The notes under the pieces were generated by a model, which did no database searches, had not been told where the DNA came from, and worked only from the letters and a program-made list of their open reading frames with translations. From IMG/VR virus record IMGVR_UViG_3300027851_000013: 64,000 nucleotides of DNA. The stretch is one strand, 5' to 3'. A program made the position numbers and the translations under genes. The stretch's first letter is position 1; every line of letters begins with the position of its first letter. This document shows, piece by piece, positions 17,512-25,753 of this stretch. Source of the DNA: an uncultured virus (IMG/VR IMGVR_UViG_3300027851_000013). Lineage: Duplodnaviria > Heunggongvirae > Uroviricota > Caudoviricetes.

Positions 17512-17666
17512 TAGGTGAATGCTGAACGATCTACATAAAGATCCTAAGGTAGCGATGTCCTCTCCCTGAGAGGGCTAGTGAGGGCAACCAAGGCAACAAG
17601 GTGCTCGTCTCCACTGCCTTCCTTGTGAAGGTAAGGAGGATAGATTGTTCAATTCTCTGTCACCTA
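17512..17666 (+). ncRNA. Y RNA-like gene B (non-tRNA inner domain)
   Basis: TAGGTGA-ATGC-T-GAACGATCTA-CAT...TAGATTGTTC-AATTCTCTG-TCACCTA. Confidence 0.7.
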
Positions 17667-17669
17667 TTT

Positions 17670-17746
17670 GGGGATACGGTCCAGCCTGGAGTGGACGTCG
17701 CTCTGTCACAGCGAAGACCGTGGGTTCAAATCCCACTATTCCCGCC
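17670..17746 (+). tRNA. tRNA-Asp(GUC)
   Basis: TCGCT-CTGTCAC-AGCGA anticodon arm and T arm. Confidence 0.92.
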
Positions 17747-17894
17747 GCAAAAGCACAGGCACATGTCAGTGTGCTACGCAAGAATGAGGGCAAGCGGCTG
17801 ACACCGCATATGCACGCTGGGACTGATCCTTCCAGAGGTCGGGTGCCCTGACCGATACACTAGGGTGTAAGAGTGTTTCTTGTTGTGCTTTTGC
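17747..17894 (+). ncRNA. unknown multi-hairpin RNA between tRNA-Asp and tRNA-Tyr
   Basis: 11-bp closing stem GCAAAAGCACA/TGTGCTTTTGC with several inner hairpins. Confidence 0.55.
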
Positions 17895-17901
17895 CTCTTC
17901 A

Positions 17902-17987
17902 GGGGTGTGAGTAGGTCGCTGGGACGACCCCTTGGCTGTAAACCAAGTGCCGTTGTGCTATGTGGTTCGATTCCATCATACCCCACC
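17902..17987 (+). tRNA. tRNA-Tyr(GUA), atypical D region
   Basis: CTTGG-CTGTAAA-CCAAG anticodon arm, GGTTCGATTCC T arm, GGGGTGT/ATACCCC acceptor. Confidence 0.75.
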
Positions 17988-18104
17988 CTGGAGTGAATAT
18001 GAGTAGAAGGTTAACTACTTTTGAGGTAGTCTGCTTGGCTCGGTGTGCCCTTCTTGGGAATCAAGGAGCCAAGCAGTGGATCGTACAAGCAAACGTAGCC
18101 CCTA

Positions 18105-18818
18105 TTATTGTAGTAGGAAATCCTGCTCGTAGCATGCCAAAGTGAGGTCCACTTCTACTCTTATCTCTTCCAGTTCCTCTATTGGTAGTTGCGCACGAAC
18201 TGCCTCAACATCTTCCTCAAAGATGATTTGATTCCTGTCCCACATTGTTGGATACATGATACTTCTTGGAGATGACTCGTCATGGCGCAGGCCCAAGGCA
18301 TGACCTAATTCATGCACTACAGTCGACACCATATATCTCTCAGAGATGTCTACATCTAGTGTGATTAGTACACTCCGTACTTCTCCCGTACTTCGTGATA
18401 CGTTTCGTCTGGCCTCTCCTAGTTTTCTGTAATCTTCGCTGGCATCCTCTAAATCTGCGTAGCTGAAGTGTATTACTCCACGTTCTATCGGGAGAGGAGC
18501 AGGGAATACTTCTCGGTTAATAACCAAAAACTCTCTTCCTAGAGCGTTATTCCAACGTGTTACGGCCTTATCAATGCTGACGACGTAATTATCAGGCATG
18601 TTTGCCTGTATGAATATCTGTAAGGGGAAACTATCCCTATTCCACCAATTTGGGGTGTGACATACTCCTAGGCTCATTTCGCTTCTGTGTGGCCCAAGAT
18701 AGTTGGGTAAAGTGTACCCTACGCACCTTTGGGCAATACACCCAAGAAAAAAGATAGGTAATATTAGGAGTACCCACCTCACTACTCTAGTGTAACATAA
18801 GTGTACACTTATTGTCAA
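18105..18818 (-). CDS. matrixin-like (M10) zinc metalloprotease, probably exported or a lipoprotein
   Basis: HELGHALGLRH...SIMYP Met-turn; hydrophobic N-terminus ending LGC. Confidence 0.88.
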   Translation of the reverse strand: MTISVHLCYTRVVRWVLLILPIFFLGCIAQRCVGYTLPNYLGPHRSEMSLGVCHTPNWWNRDSFPLQIFIQANMPDNYVVSIDKAVTRWNNALGREFLVINREVFPAPLPIERGVIHFSYADLEDASEDYRKLGEARRNVSRSTGEVRSVLITLDVDISERYMVSTVVHELGHALGLRHDESSPRSIMYPTMWDRNQIIFEEDVEAVRAQLPIEELEEIRVEVDLTLACYEQDFLLQ

Positions 18819-18825
18819 ACCAAAT

Positions 18826-18903
18826 GCGACCGTAGCTCAGTAGGTTAGAGCGTCAGGTTGTGGCCCTGAAGGTCGGCGAGTTCGAATCTCCCCGGTCGCC
18901 CCA
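18826..18903 (+). tRNA. tRNA-His(GUG)
   Basis: TCAGG-TTGTGGC-CCTGA anticodon arm, C73 and CCA. Confidence 0.9.
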
Positions 18904-18917
18904 AGAAAGCCAGTTTT

Positions 18918-19265
18918 ATGTCTAGAGCCTCAAACCACCCATTTCGTAGACGCATGGCTGCCTCTATCAGCAGACATGAGGCACAAGCTAAGCCCTTGCT
19001 GGGCGTTCAGCAGAGAAGTATTATCATTTCTTGTTCTATTTTGATTCTTGACGGAAAAGAGTCTGGGTGGAACATTCTATCCACTGCGCAGAACATAGAC
19101 CAAGAATTTGTGTCTGCTGTTCGGGCAGAGTTCTACAAGCTGTACGAAGCCACACAAGATATAGACTACACGTTGCGCTGTCTCCTACAACACAACGATC
19201 CTCGTATCAAAGAGTTTGCGGGTGTTCTTCTCTGGGCCAGGTCTCGCTGGGGGCAGCGGAGATGA
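18918..19265 (+). CDS. hypothetical protein
   Basis: Packed ORF. Confidence 0.5.
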   Translation: MSRASNHPFRRRMAASISRHEAQAKPLLGVQQRSIIISCSILILDGKESGWNILSTAQNIDQEFVSAVRAEFYKLYEATQDIDYTLRCLLQHNDPRIKEFAGVLLWARSRWGQRR

Positions 19266-19723
19266 TGGATCGTGATCGGAGAACAGAAGAACTCGCTCTT
19301 TCTCGCAGAATTGCGAAGGCGGAAAATGAGAGACGCAAGCAAGCAGAGGAAGAGGCGCGACGTCAGAGAGAAGATGAGAGACGTCCGCTAGAGCAGAAGA
19401 TCTCCCTCTTAGAGAGTCGGCTTTCTACGCTAGAGGCTCATGTAAGAAGTCTCTCCGTTAGAACCAAATCAGAAGTGTCTGCGGAAGAACAAAAAGAATA
19501 TTGTCTCAAGGTTAGAAAGTCCCTGCTGACGGATAGAGAAGCTCTCTTTGTAAGAGGACCGTGGGACCCACCGGAAGTGTGGGCTGTTCCTTTACCTACC
19601 AGCTATTATGCTCCTGATGCTCGTAACATATACCTGTGTCAGCGAAAAGGAACGTACATTCTTAGTGTATGCAACGGGATGAAAGCTAAGAGCGGGTACG
19701 TAGTCCTTGGCGTGATTTCATGA
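19262..19723 (+). CDS. hypothetical coiled-coil protein
   Basis: ATGA overlap start MMDRDRR. Confidence 0.55.
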   Translation: MMDRDRRTEELALSRRIAKAENERRKQAEEEARRQREDERRPLEQKISLLESRLSTLEAHVRSLSVRTKSEVSAEEQKEYCLKVRKSLLTDREALFVRGPWDPPEVWAVPLPTSYYAPDARNIYLCQRKGTYILSVCNGMKAKSGYVVLGVIS

Positions 19724-19726
19724 AAT

Positions 19727-19812
19727 AGGGATGTGGCGGAATGGCAGACGCACTGGACTAAGGATCCAGTGGCCGAAAGGCCGTGAGGGTTCGACTCCCT
19801 CCATCCCTACCA
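19727..19812 (+). tRNA. tRNA-Leu(AAG)
   Basis: Class II tRNA; CTGGA-CTAAGGA-TCCAG anticodon arm; CCA. Confidence 0.88.
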
Positions 19813-19813
19813 A

Positions 19814-20016
19814 GCCCCTGAAGTTCAAAAGGAAGAACACCGGAAAAACGGAGCCGGGCCGTAAATGGCATCTAAGCACCTGCCTATAAAGCAGGGAAAC
19901 CTTAAGGTTGCAGAGGCACCGAATGGCACTGAGGACCAGGGTCGCTAGGGAAGCGCGTTTCCTAATTCTAGGTTTTGGTTTAGGTGGTGGAAGTTCGAGT
20001 CTTCCCAGGGGCGCTA
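19814..20016 (+). ncRNA. tRNA-like RNA with about 150 nt of structured sequence replacing the anticodon arm
   Basis: GCCCCTG/CAGGGGC acceptor, GTTC/GAAC D stem, GGAAG-TTCGAGT-CTTCC T arm. Confidence 0.7.
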
Positions 20017-20021
20017 ATTTT

Positions 20022-20095
20022 GACGCGATGTCTGAGTGGTTAGGACATAGATTGCAAATCTAATGGACGGGGGTTCGAATCCCTCTCGCGTCTCC
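20022..20095 (+). tRNA. tRNA-Cys(GCA)
   Basis: TT-GCA-AA loop, U73. Confidence 0.88.
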
Positions 20096-20117
20096 TAGTG
20101 TTATGTAAAGACAGTAA

Positions 20118-20193
20118 GCGGGTGTAACTCAATTGGTAGAGTGCCAGCCTTCCAAGCTGGATGTTGTGGGTTCAAGCCCCATCGCCCGCTCCA
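20118..20193 (+). tRNA. tRNA-Gly(UCC)
   Basis: CCAGC-CTTCCAA-GCTGG anticodon arm, CCA. Confidence 0.95.
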
Positions 20194-20226
20194 ATCTAGG
20201 ATCGTCCTAGAAGAAAGAAGAAAGAT

Positions 20227-20484
20227 ATGTATTACAATCAACAGGTAATAGGCACTTGTTCCCTTTGCGGTGGTACAGTTTGTGTCCCTACTATTTATTG
20301 GAGCGTAATTCCTCCTACACCCACATGTGCTTCCTGTGGGGCTGTAGCTGCTCCTAGAGGCCCAGTTATTGATATGGTTCCTCAGAGGAGAAACCACAAA
20401 CTGCTCCGGGTTCCGGTTGATCACCGCCCCGTTCAACTAAAGCCGTTTCCTTCTCCTTTCGAGATGCGAAAGATGCGTTCCTAA
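20227..20484 (+). CDS. small zinc-ribbon protein
   Basis: CSLCGG...CASCG. Confidence 0.55.
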   Translation: MYYNQQVIGTCSLCGGTVCVPTIYWSVIPPTPTCASCGAVAAPRGPVIDMVPQRRNHKLLRVPVDHRPVQLKPFPSPFEMRKMRS

Positions 20485-20497
20485 TATCGGGTGTGAT

Positions 20498-20908
20498 ATG
20501 ATACACCACAGCAGGGTCAAACAGATTTTCGTGATCCGAAAATCCTCAGGAGAAACTCTTACAGAGTCTCTTGAGAAGTGTACGAGAGCAAGCATTAGTT
20601 CCATTCTGGGGTTCATGCAAACAGAGTTTGTTGTTTCCTCATCTGAAGATGGTCCGTGTCCTCCTGACTACCTTTCTGTGTCAGCTGAGTTTTCGGCAAA
20701 CTCTCCTCTACACATATGGCTGGTGGGTTATAGACGCCAAGAGTTTGTTTTCGTAGACGACGAAAAAGAGTTTTGGAGAATATACTTCGAAGCCCAGCAT
20801 CACAAACACAGTTCGATACCTACTTCGTTGCTAGACTACTCCATCTGTGTTTTGGGGCCTAGCTTCGAGCATGAGTTAGACGAGATACTCAAACCCAAGG
20901 TGATGTGA
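20498..20908 (+). CDS. hypothetical protein (possibly a diverged PTH2-like fold)
   Basis: KQIFVIRK start and CVLGP near the end; weak. Confidence 0.35.
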   Translation: MIHHSRVKQIFVIRKSSGETLTESLEKCTRASISSILGFMQTEFVVSSSEDGPCPPDYLSVSAEFSANSPLHIWLVGYRRQEFVFVDDEKEFWRIYFEAQHHKHSSIPTSLLDYSICVLGPSFEHELDEILKPKVM

Positions 20909-20909
20909 T

Positions 20910-21293
20910 ATGCGTTGGATTTTGCGTTTGATTCTTTTGGGGTTAGTGTCCTGCGCTGGCGTTGAGCGTTCTTGCTCGGCCTGTGGTGCGGGGGCCATGG
21001 GGTCAGATTGGGTGGTAGTCCAATACGCCATGGATGGTACACCTCTTAGGTGTTGGTCACTAGAGGACGTAAGTGTGGCCAATGAGCCTCAATCTGACGG
21101 AATTTATTGGCTGTCCGAAGGAGGCAATTTAGTGCACCTAAGCGGTCAGTACAACATGGTACAAGTTCAGATGGGTCGTTGGGAACAAGCCTACAAGGAG
21201 CTTGGCCTATCGAAACAGGTATGTGAAGCAATTCACGACCGTCACTTTGTTCCAAACTCAGGATGGACATTTTCTGATGACCCAAACAACTGA
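20910..21293 (+). CDS. putative lipoprotein
   Basis: Signal-like MRWILRLILLGLVSC. Confidence 0.6.
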   Translation: MRWILRLILLGLVSCAGVERSCSACGAGAMGSDWVVVQYAMDGTPLRCWSLEDVSVANEPQSDGIYWLSEGGNLVHLSGQYNMVQVQMGRWEQAYKELGLSKQVCEAIHDRHFVPNSGWTFSDDPNN

Positions 21294-21774
21294 AAGACCT
21301 CTTTCTCCGGAAGAAGAGTACTTCGTTTTATCCAGAGGGATGGGCGTAGGGTACGATGGAGACGACTGTGTTCCTCAGCTATCTCATATTGTTTATCGTA
21401 TCGATGAAGGGTTGTTCGCACTTTGCCGATCTAGTTCCCTTTGGTTTGGGTCTAATGGAGGAGGAACGGCAGAAGAGCCCATCACATGCTCTCAGTGCCT
21501 AGAATCTCTTCAGTCCATTATGAAATCCAAATCATCCGTGGCTATACCTTTTGTATTCTCTGAGTTTGAAAGCCTGATGAAGAAGGCGGAAGAGTCCCAC
21601 AGGCCGGACATCTACAACCTGCTATCAGAAATAAGAAAGTCCTGGGTAGTAGGAGAGCGTCTTAGTACTTCCGCGTTGGCTCAAATCATAGCCTCTTCTC
21701 TTTCTGCAAAAAGTGCCAAAACCTTGAATGTTCTTCGTGACATTACGGACTTGGACTGGGTCGAAAGAGACTAA
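21277..21774 (+). CDS. hypothetical protein
   Basis: Packed ORF. Confidence 0.5.
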   Translation: MTQTTERPLSPEEEYFVLSRGMGVGYDGDDCVPQLSHIVYRIDEGLFALCRSSSLWFGSNGGGTAEEPITCSQCLESLQSIMKSKSSVAIPFVFSEFESLMKKAEESHRPDIYNLLSEIRKSWVVGERLSTSALAQIIASSLSAKSAKTLNVLRDITDLDWVERD

Positions 21775-21788
21775 CAGGACAAACATGA

Positions 21789-21864
<76 letters not shown>

Positions 21865-21885
21865 CAGTAAACTCTAAAGAGTACC

Positions 21886-22383
21886 ATGAACATTTGTTAC
21901 GCTCTAGAACCACTCACCTACACGTCCTTCAGCATATTTCTCGCAGGTCCTACTCCTCGCGACTCTAACGCTAAGTCTTGGCGCCCTTCTGCTGTGAGAG
22001 AACTGGAGAGTATTTTCGGGAAGACGGACAACGTTTGCCTGTTCTACCCAGAGGATAGGACAGGTACGTTTCACGGTAATTACGATCACCAAACTGAATG
22101 GGAGTATCTGGCCATATCCTCTTGCAACTTACTTCTGTTCTGGGTTCCAAGATCCCTGTCAGAAGGAATGCCGGGCTTTACTACCAACGTAGAATTCGGT
22201 TTATGGCTTCGGGACAAGGATATAGTTTTTGGGTATCCGGAATCGGCCGAGAAGATGACCTATCTTACTTGGCTTTACGCTAAGGAGAAAAGAAAAATTC
22301 CTTGTTCTTCTCTGTCCGAAGCAGGACAGGAAGCCTTGTGGTACTATACAAAACACTGTAAAGAAAAAGGTATGGGGCTGTAG
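21886..22383 (+). CDS. nucleoside 2-deoxyribosyltransferase-like protein
   Basis: SIFLAGPTPR...SWR...WE...FWVPR...PGFTTNVEFG. Confidence 0.8.
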   Translation: MNICYALEPLTYTSFSIFLAGPTPRDSNAKSWRPSAVRELESIFGKTDNVCLFYPEDRTGTFHGNYDHQTEWEYLAISSCNLLLFWVPRSLSEGMPGFTTNVEFGLWLRDKDIVFGYPESAEKMTYLTWLYAKEKRKIPCSSLSEAGQEALWYYTKHCKEKGMGL

Positions 22384-23026
22384 CTCAGCTGGGAGAGTAA
22401 AGTTAGAAGAGATCTTACTCTCACTTATGATTTAAGTGTGGAATACGATCTTCTTGAATCTTTAGTAAACGAAAAACTATCAATACAGAACATTGCTAAG
22501 CGTTTAGGCTGCAGCAAAGGACGTATACGTTATTGGCTCGTAAAGCACAAGTTAAAAACTGATCCGTACCTTGCACACCCTAATTGCCTACGATGTAGTA
22601 CTCCTCTAACCAACAAACGTAGTCATTATTGTAGTAATAGATGCCAGTTTGATTATCAGTATAATCTATACATCGAAAAATGGGTTTCAGGAGAAGTTTC
22701 AGGACATATTAACAATGCGCAGAAGCAGCTTTCCTCTCATGTAAAACGTTGGTTGTTTGACCGAGCAGATTCTAAGTGCGAGAAATGCGGATGGGCTGAG
22801 GTCAACGAAGTAACGGGGAACATACCTCTTCAGGTCGACCACATAGATGGTAATTGTCTAAATACTGTACCATCAAATCTTAGGCTGCTTTGCCCAAACT
22901 GTCATAGTTTAACTCCAACATGGGGAAATTCGAACCCATGTGTGGGGCGAAGACGGTTGGGCATTCACTAGGCTCCTACACTCGTCTAGGTACAAAGATG
23001 GGGTTCGATCCCCGTCAGCTCCACTA
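22374..23026 (+). pseudogene. split tRNA-Ala (5' half 22374-22398, 3' part about 22980-23026) interrupted by an HNH gene
   Basis: GGGGCTG-TAGCTCAGCTGGGAGAG pairs with GGGTTCGATCCCCGT-CAGCTCC-A; G3:U70 pair. Confidence 0.8.
22438..22971 (+). CDS. HNH homing endonuclease with N-terminal HTH
   Basis: IAKRLGCSKGRIRYW; LQVDHIDGN...NLRLLCPNCHS. Confidence 0.9.
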   Translation: MEYDLLESLVNEKLSIQNIAKRLGCSKGRIRYWLVKHKLKTDPYLAHPNCLRCSTPLTNKRSHYCSNRCQFDYQYNLYIEKWVSGEVSGHINNAQKQLSSHVKRWLFDRADSKCEKCGWAEVNEVTGNIPLQVDHIDGNCLNTVPSNLRLLCPNCHSLTPTWGNSNPCVGRRRLGIH

Positions 23027-23044
23027 ATTTAGTCAGGACGTCTT

Positions 23045-23656
23045 ATGAAGAACCTCAAGAAACCTACGAAGCCTAAGAAGCCCTCTAAGCCGAAGGAGGC
23101 AGCTCAGACAAGAAGGGAATGGTTTGAGTTGTACAAGCTTAACGTGTCTTATCCCAACTATTCCCTTCCTGTGGGAGAAGGGATCATAGACCTTGGTAAG
23201 GGGTTCTTCTTGATGACTAGTTTTGGAGTGGTTGCCCTTGCAGAGTCCTTTCATCCCTTCGTATTCCAATTTAGTCTAGAATCTCTCGCTTTCTACAGAG
23301 AGACTGAAAAAGACAGCCCAGAGTGGGCTTTTCTTTCCGAAAACGACCTGGTTCATGCGGAGTCCTGTTTAGACCATACAACTATTCCACTGCTCGTCAA
23401 AGCATTGGCTGGATCTGAATACCATATCGAGTATGGTGGCGAATATGACCCTCTTGTCGTTATGGTGGAATACTCACGTAGTCCAGAAGAAGTTAGACAA
23501 GAAAATGATAAATTGAGGGCAGACTATGAAGCAAAACTTGCTGCCTATAACGACGCTGTAGAGTCTTATCCACGACTTCTTCGGGAGTGGGAGATAGAAC
23601 GGGCAAAGGCTGTTCTTGCAAAAGCACAAGAAAAACTGGCATCTGTAATCTCCTAA
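23045..23656 (+). CDS. hypothetical protein
   Basis: KP-repeat N-terminus, coiled C-terminus. Confidence 0.6.
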   Translation: MKNLKKPTKPKKPSKPKEAAQTRREWFELYKLNVSYPNYSLPVGEGIIDLGKGFFLMTSFGVVALAESFHPFVFQFSLESLAFYRETEKDSPEWAFLSENDLVHAESCLDHTTIPLLVKALAGSEYHIEYGGEYDPLVVMVEYSRSPEEVRQENDKLRADYEAKLAAYNDAVESYPRLLREWEIERAKAVLAKAQEKLASVIS

Positions 23657-23661
23657 GACTT

Positions 23662-23748
23662 AGAGGAGTGGCCGAGTGGTCTAAGGCGCACGACTGGAAA
23701 TCGTGTGTACCTCCGGGTACCGTGGGTTCGAATCCCACCTCCTCTGCC
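23662..23748 (+). tRNA. tRNA-Ser(GGA)
   Basis: Class II, CACGA-CTGGAAA-TCGTG anticodon arm. Confidence 0.95.
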
Positions 23749-23810
23749 CGCACCATGTGCGAAGGTCAATTCGGCTAACGCCGAACACCTAACCAACTGG
23801 AGAAAATCAG

Positions 23811-24554
23811 ATGTCCGATCTTAATCTAGACTCTAGGTACATTCATACAGGAAATAGTGGAGTAACCATTCGCATAGATAGAGACGTAAAACGGTCCGAT
23901 CGTGCTATCCTAAAGGTGGAAAACGGTGCTATGGGCGCGTTTTCTACCTCTATGCGAATTAGCGGCAATTCTCTTGAGGGAATAACCTCAGATCAGTTGA
24001 GAGATATTGCCTTGTGTTTTTTGGAGGCCGCAAGTAAGCTGGACAACAGGGAGACCTCACCCTGTAGCCACTCTCCTCATGTGGCAGACACACATCCTTC
24101 TGACATGCGGCTCAGTTTGGATAGAAGTTTGCCACACTACATAAGCTCTCTTCTTCCAGATAAAGGAACCACTGTTGTACGAGGTAAGGACTCCTTCAAG
24201 GTGGGTCAGCTGGTTGATAACATACCAGATATTGTTCCCTTCTATACTGCTTTGCTAGACGAGCTTTCTTCTCCTGAGGAGGATTCCTTGGGGAGGTCCA
24301 AGTCTAGATCGAAGTCCAGTCGTAATACTTCTGAAGTAGCCCAGGGAAGAACTAAGCGTCGACTCATTATTTACCATGGTCTTAGACTTCTTCGAAGTTT
24401 ACACACGCATGACTTGGCTACTGTTCATCTTAAAAAGGCAAGAGAAGATCTCTCCTCCGCTCTTCTGTCCGACCCAAAGGATAGAGAAGAGAAGGCTATA
24501 AGTGCAGGAGTCGATCTGGCTTCGGTTTGCTACAAGAAAGCCAAAAAAGCATAG
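23811..24554 (+). CDS. hypothetical protein
   Basis: GGAG RBS, 247 aa. Confidence 0.55.
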   Translation: MSDLNLDSRYIHTGNSGVTIRIDRDVKRSDRAILKVENGAMGAFSTSMRISGNSLEGITSDQLRDIALCFLEAASKLDNRETSPCSHSPHVADTHPSDMRLSLDRSLPHYISSLLPDKGTTVVRGKDSFKVGQLVDNIPDIVPFYTALLDELSSPEEDSLGRSKSRSKSSRNTSEVAQGRTKRRLIIYHGLRLLRSLHTHDLATVHLKKAREDLSSALLSDPKDREEKAISAGVDLASVCYKKAKKA

Positions 24555-24555
24555 G

Positions 24556-24689
24556 CTCTCAGTTTGCTTTGTGCCGCTGAGAGGGTTCTTTCGTGAGGGA
24601 GGACTGACAGACTAACTCCTGACCGTCTGCGGGAGCTGTCACAAATATCAGACGGGTACGGGGACTCCAGCGTACTTCCAACTGGAGTC
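24556..24689 (+). ncRNA. candidate pseudoknotted RNA upstream of tRNA-Lys
   Basis: Several perfect stems; loop CCGTCTG complements downstream CAGACGG. Confidence 0.45.
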
Positions 24690-24693
24690 ATTT

Positions 24694-24768
24694 GGGCGGG
24701 TAGCTCAGTTGGTAGAGCAGCAGACTCTTAATCTGTTTGTCGAGGGTTCGAACCCCTCTCCGCCTACC
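24694..24768 (+). tRNA. tRNA-Lys(CUU)
   Basis: CT-CTT-AA loop, cloverleaf. Confidence 0.93.
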
Positions 24769-24779
24769 GGAGTGTGTAG

Positions 24780-25145
24780 ATGTCAATTTCTAAGTTGTCT
24801 CAATTGGAATCTTACCTTTGTGATGCAACATTCTCTCTTCACGTGAATAGAGTTTTAGCTGAGGCTGCCCCTGTGTATAGGGCTTTAGGTGAACGCCTTC
24901 CAGAGTGTGACGTGTCCATTGATTACGACGGTTCTCTTTCTTGCGAGTTCATTATGTCTTATGGACGATTCGTACTGAGTCTGCCTACAGACTTCCATAG
25001 TAAACCGTGTTGGGTTCTGCTTACTAAATCAAAAAGAACGGAACACATTGAAATTATGCAGTATGGTAATCTACACAAGAATGATGTAAGAAACGGTCTT
25101 TACGACCTCCTTAGATATGTGGAGAAGGAAAATGGATCTATCTAG
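24780..25145 (+). CDS. hypothetical protein
   Basis: GGAG RBS. Confidence 0.5.
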   Translation: MSISKLSQLESYLCDATFSLHVNRVLAEAAPVYRALGERLPECDVSIDYDGSLSCEFIMSYGRFVLSLPTDFHSKPCWVLLTKSKRTEHIEIMQYGNLHKNDVRNGLYDLLRYVEKENGSI

Positions 25146-25327
25146 AGATAGTGACGGTACACTACGGATCCGCATGGGATCGTTAGACCTCGCTGCCTTG
25201 TTGAACCCGTATATCACGTGGTCTTCCATAAGATCTGGAGAGCACAAGCTTGTTGACTCCAACAGGGGAAACTACTCCGCTTTTCTTAGACTGGGGCGCC
25301 TAGAGTTGCTTGCCTTTTGGTGACAGA

Positions 25328-25413
25328 GGAAAGATGGCCGAGTGGTCTAAGGCAACCGCTTGCTAAGCGGTCGTACTTTTAGTACCGTGGGTTCGAATCC
25401 CACTCTTTCCGCC
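25328..25413 (+). tRNA. tRNA-Ser(GCU)
   Basis: Class II, ACCGC-TTGCTAA-GCGGT anticodon arm. Confidence 0.95.
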
Positions 25414-25493
25414 GATTCTTGAGTCTGATGTCTGTAAATCTAAGATGTGGAACCTTCATCTCCACAATCACACTTAGATACAGGAATACATAG

Positions 25494-25748
25494 ATGAGCC
25501 AGAATATCAAAAAGGCCACGGACAGATTCAAGGAAGCTCACGCTGATTTCTTCTCTACAGAGAACTACTCTGTGGGGTATGGGCTGGACCCAAAGCGGTC
25601 AGGCCCTAACGGAATCATCGTGTATGCCTTTGATGACGAAGTAGATCGTCAAATAACTCTTGTGTCCGAGGCTAAGAACGCACTTCCAGGCAACTGGGAG
25701 GGGGTTCCGGTCTACATCGAGGGAAGGTTCTTCCCTTATAAGAGATGA
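25494..25748 (+). CDS. hypothetical protein
   Basis: Short ORF with RBS. Confidence 0.5.
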   Translation: MSQNIKKATDRFKEAHADFFSTENYSVGYGLDPKRSGPNGIIVYAFDDEVDRQITLVSEAKNALPGNWEGVPVYIEGRFFPYKR

Positions 25749-25753
25749 TTTTT

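Noticed and set aside
16673..17986. Short ORFs overlapping tRNA and Y-like genes (16673, 17575, 17601, 17645, 17774); likewise 12573, 23493, 23587, 25773 and 31842
   Set aside because: They translate RNA genes (for example GFEP and GSNP peptides from T arms) and are not credible proteins.
17790..19900. Homology between the 17747 RNA and the 19814 insert (hairpin followed by AT..GCAC)
   Set aside because: The shared sequence is too short to separate from chance by eye.
22374..23026. Possible tmRNA (starts GGGGCTG, ends CAGCTCCA)
   Set aside because: The 5' end has a true tRNA-Ala D stem and the interior is an HNH ORF, not a tag reading frame with pseudoknots.
23749..23795. HDV-like (theta) ribozyme after tRNA-Ser
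   Set aside because: Only small hairpins are visible; I could not build the nested double pseudoknot or find the conserved L3 and J4/2 residues.
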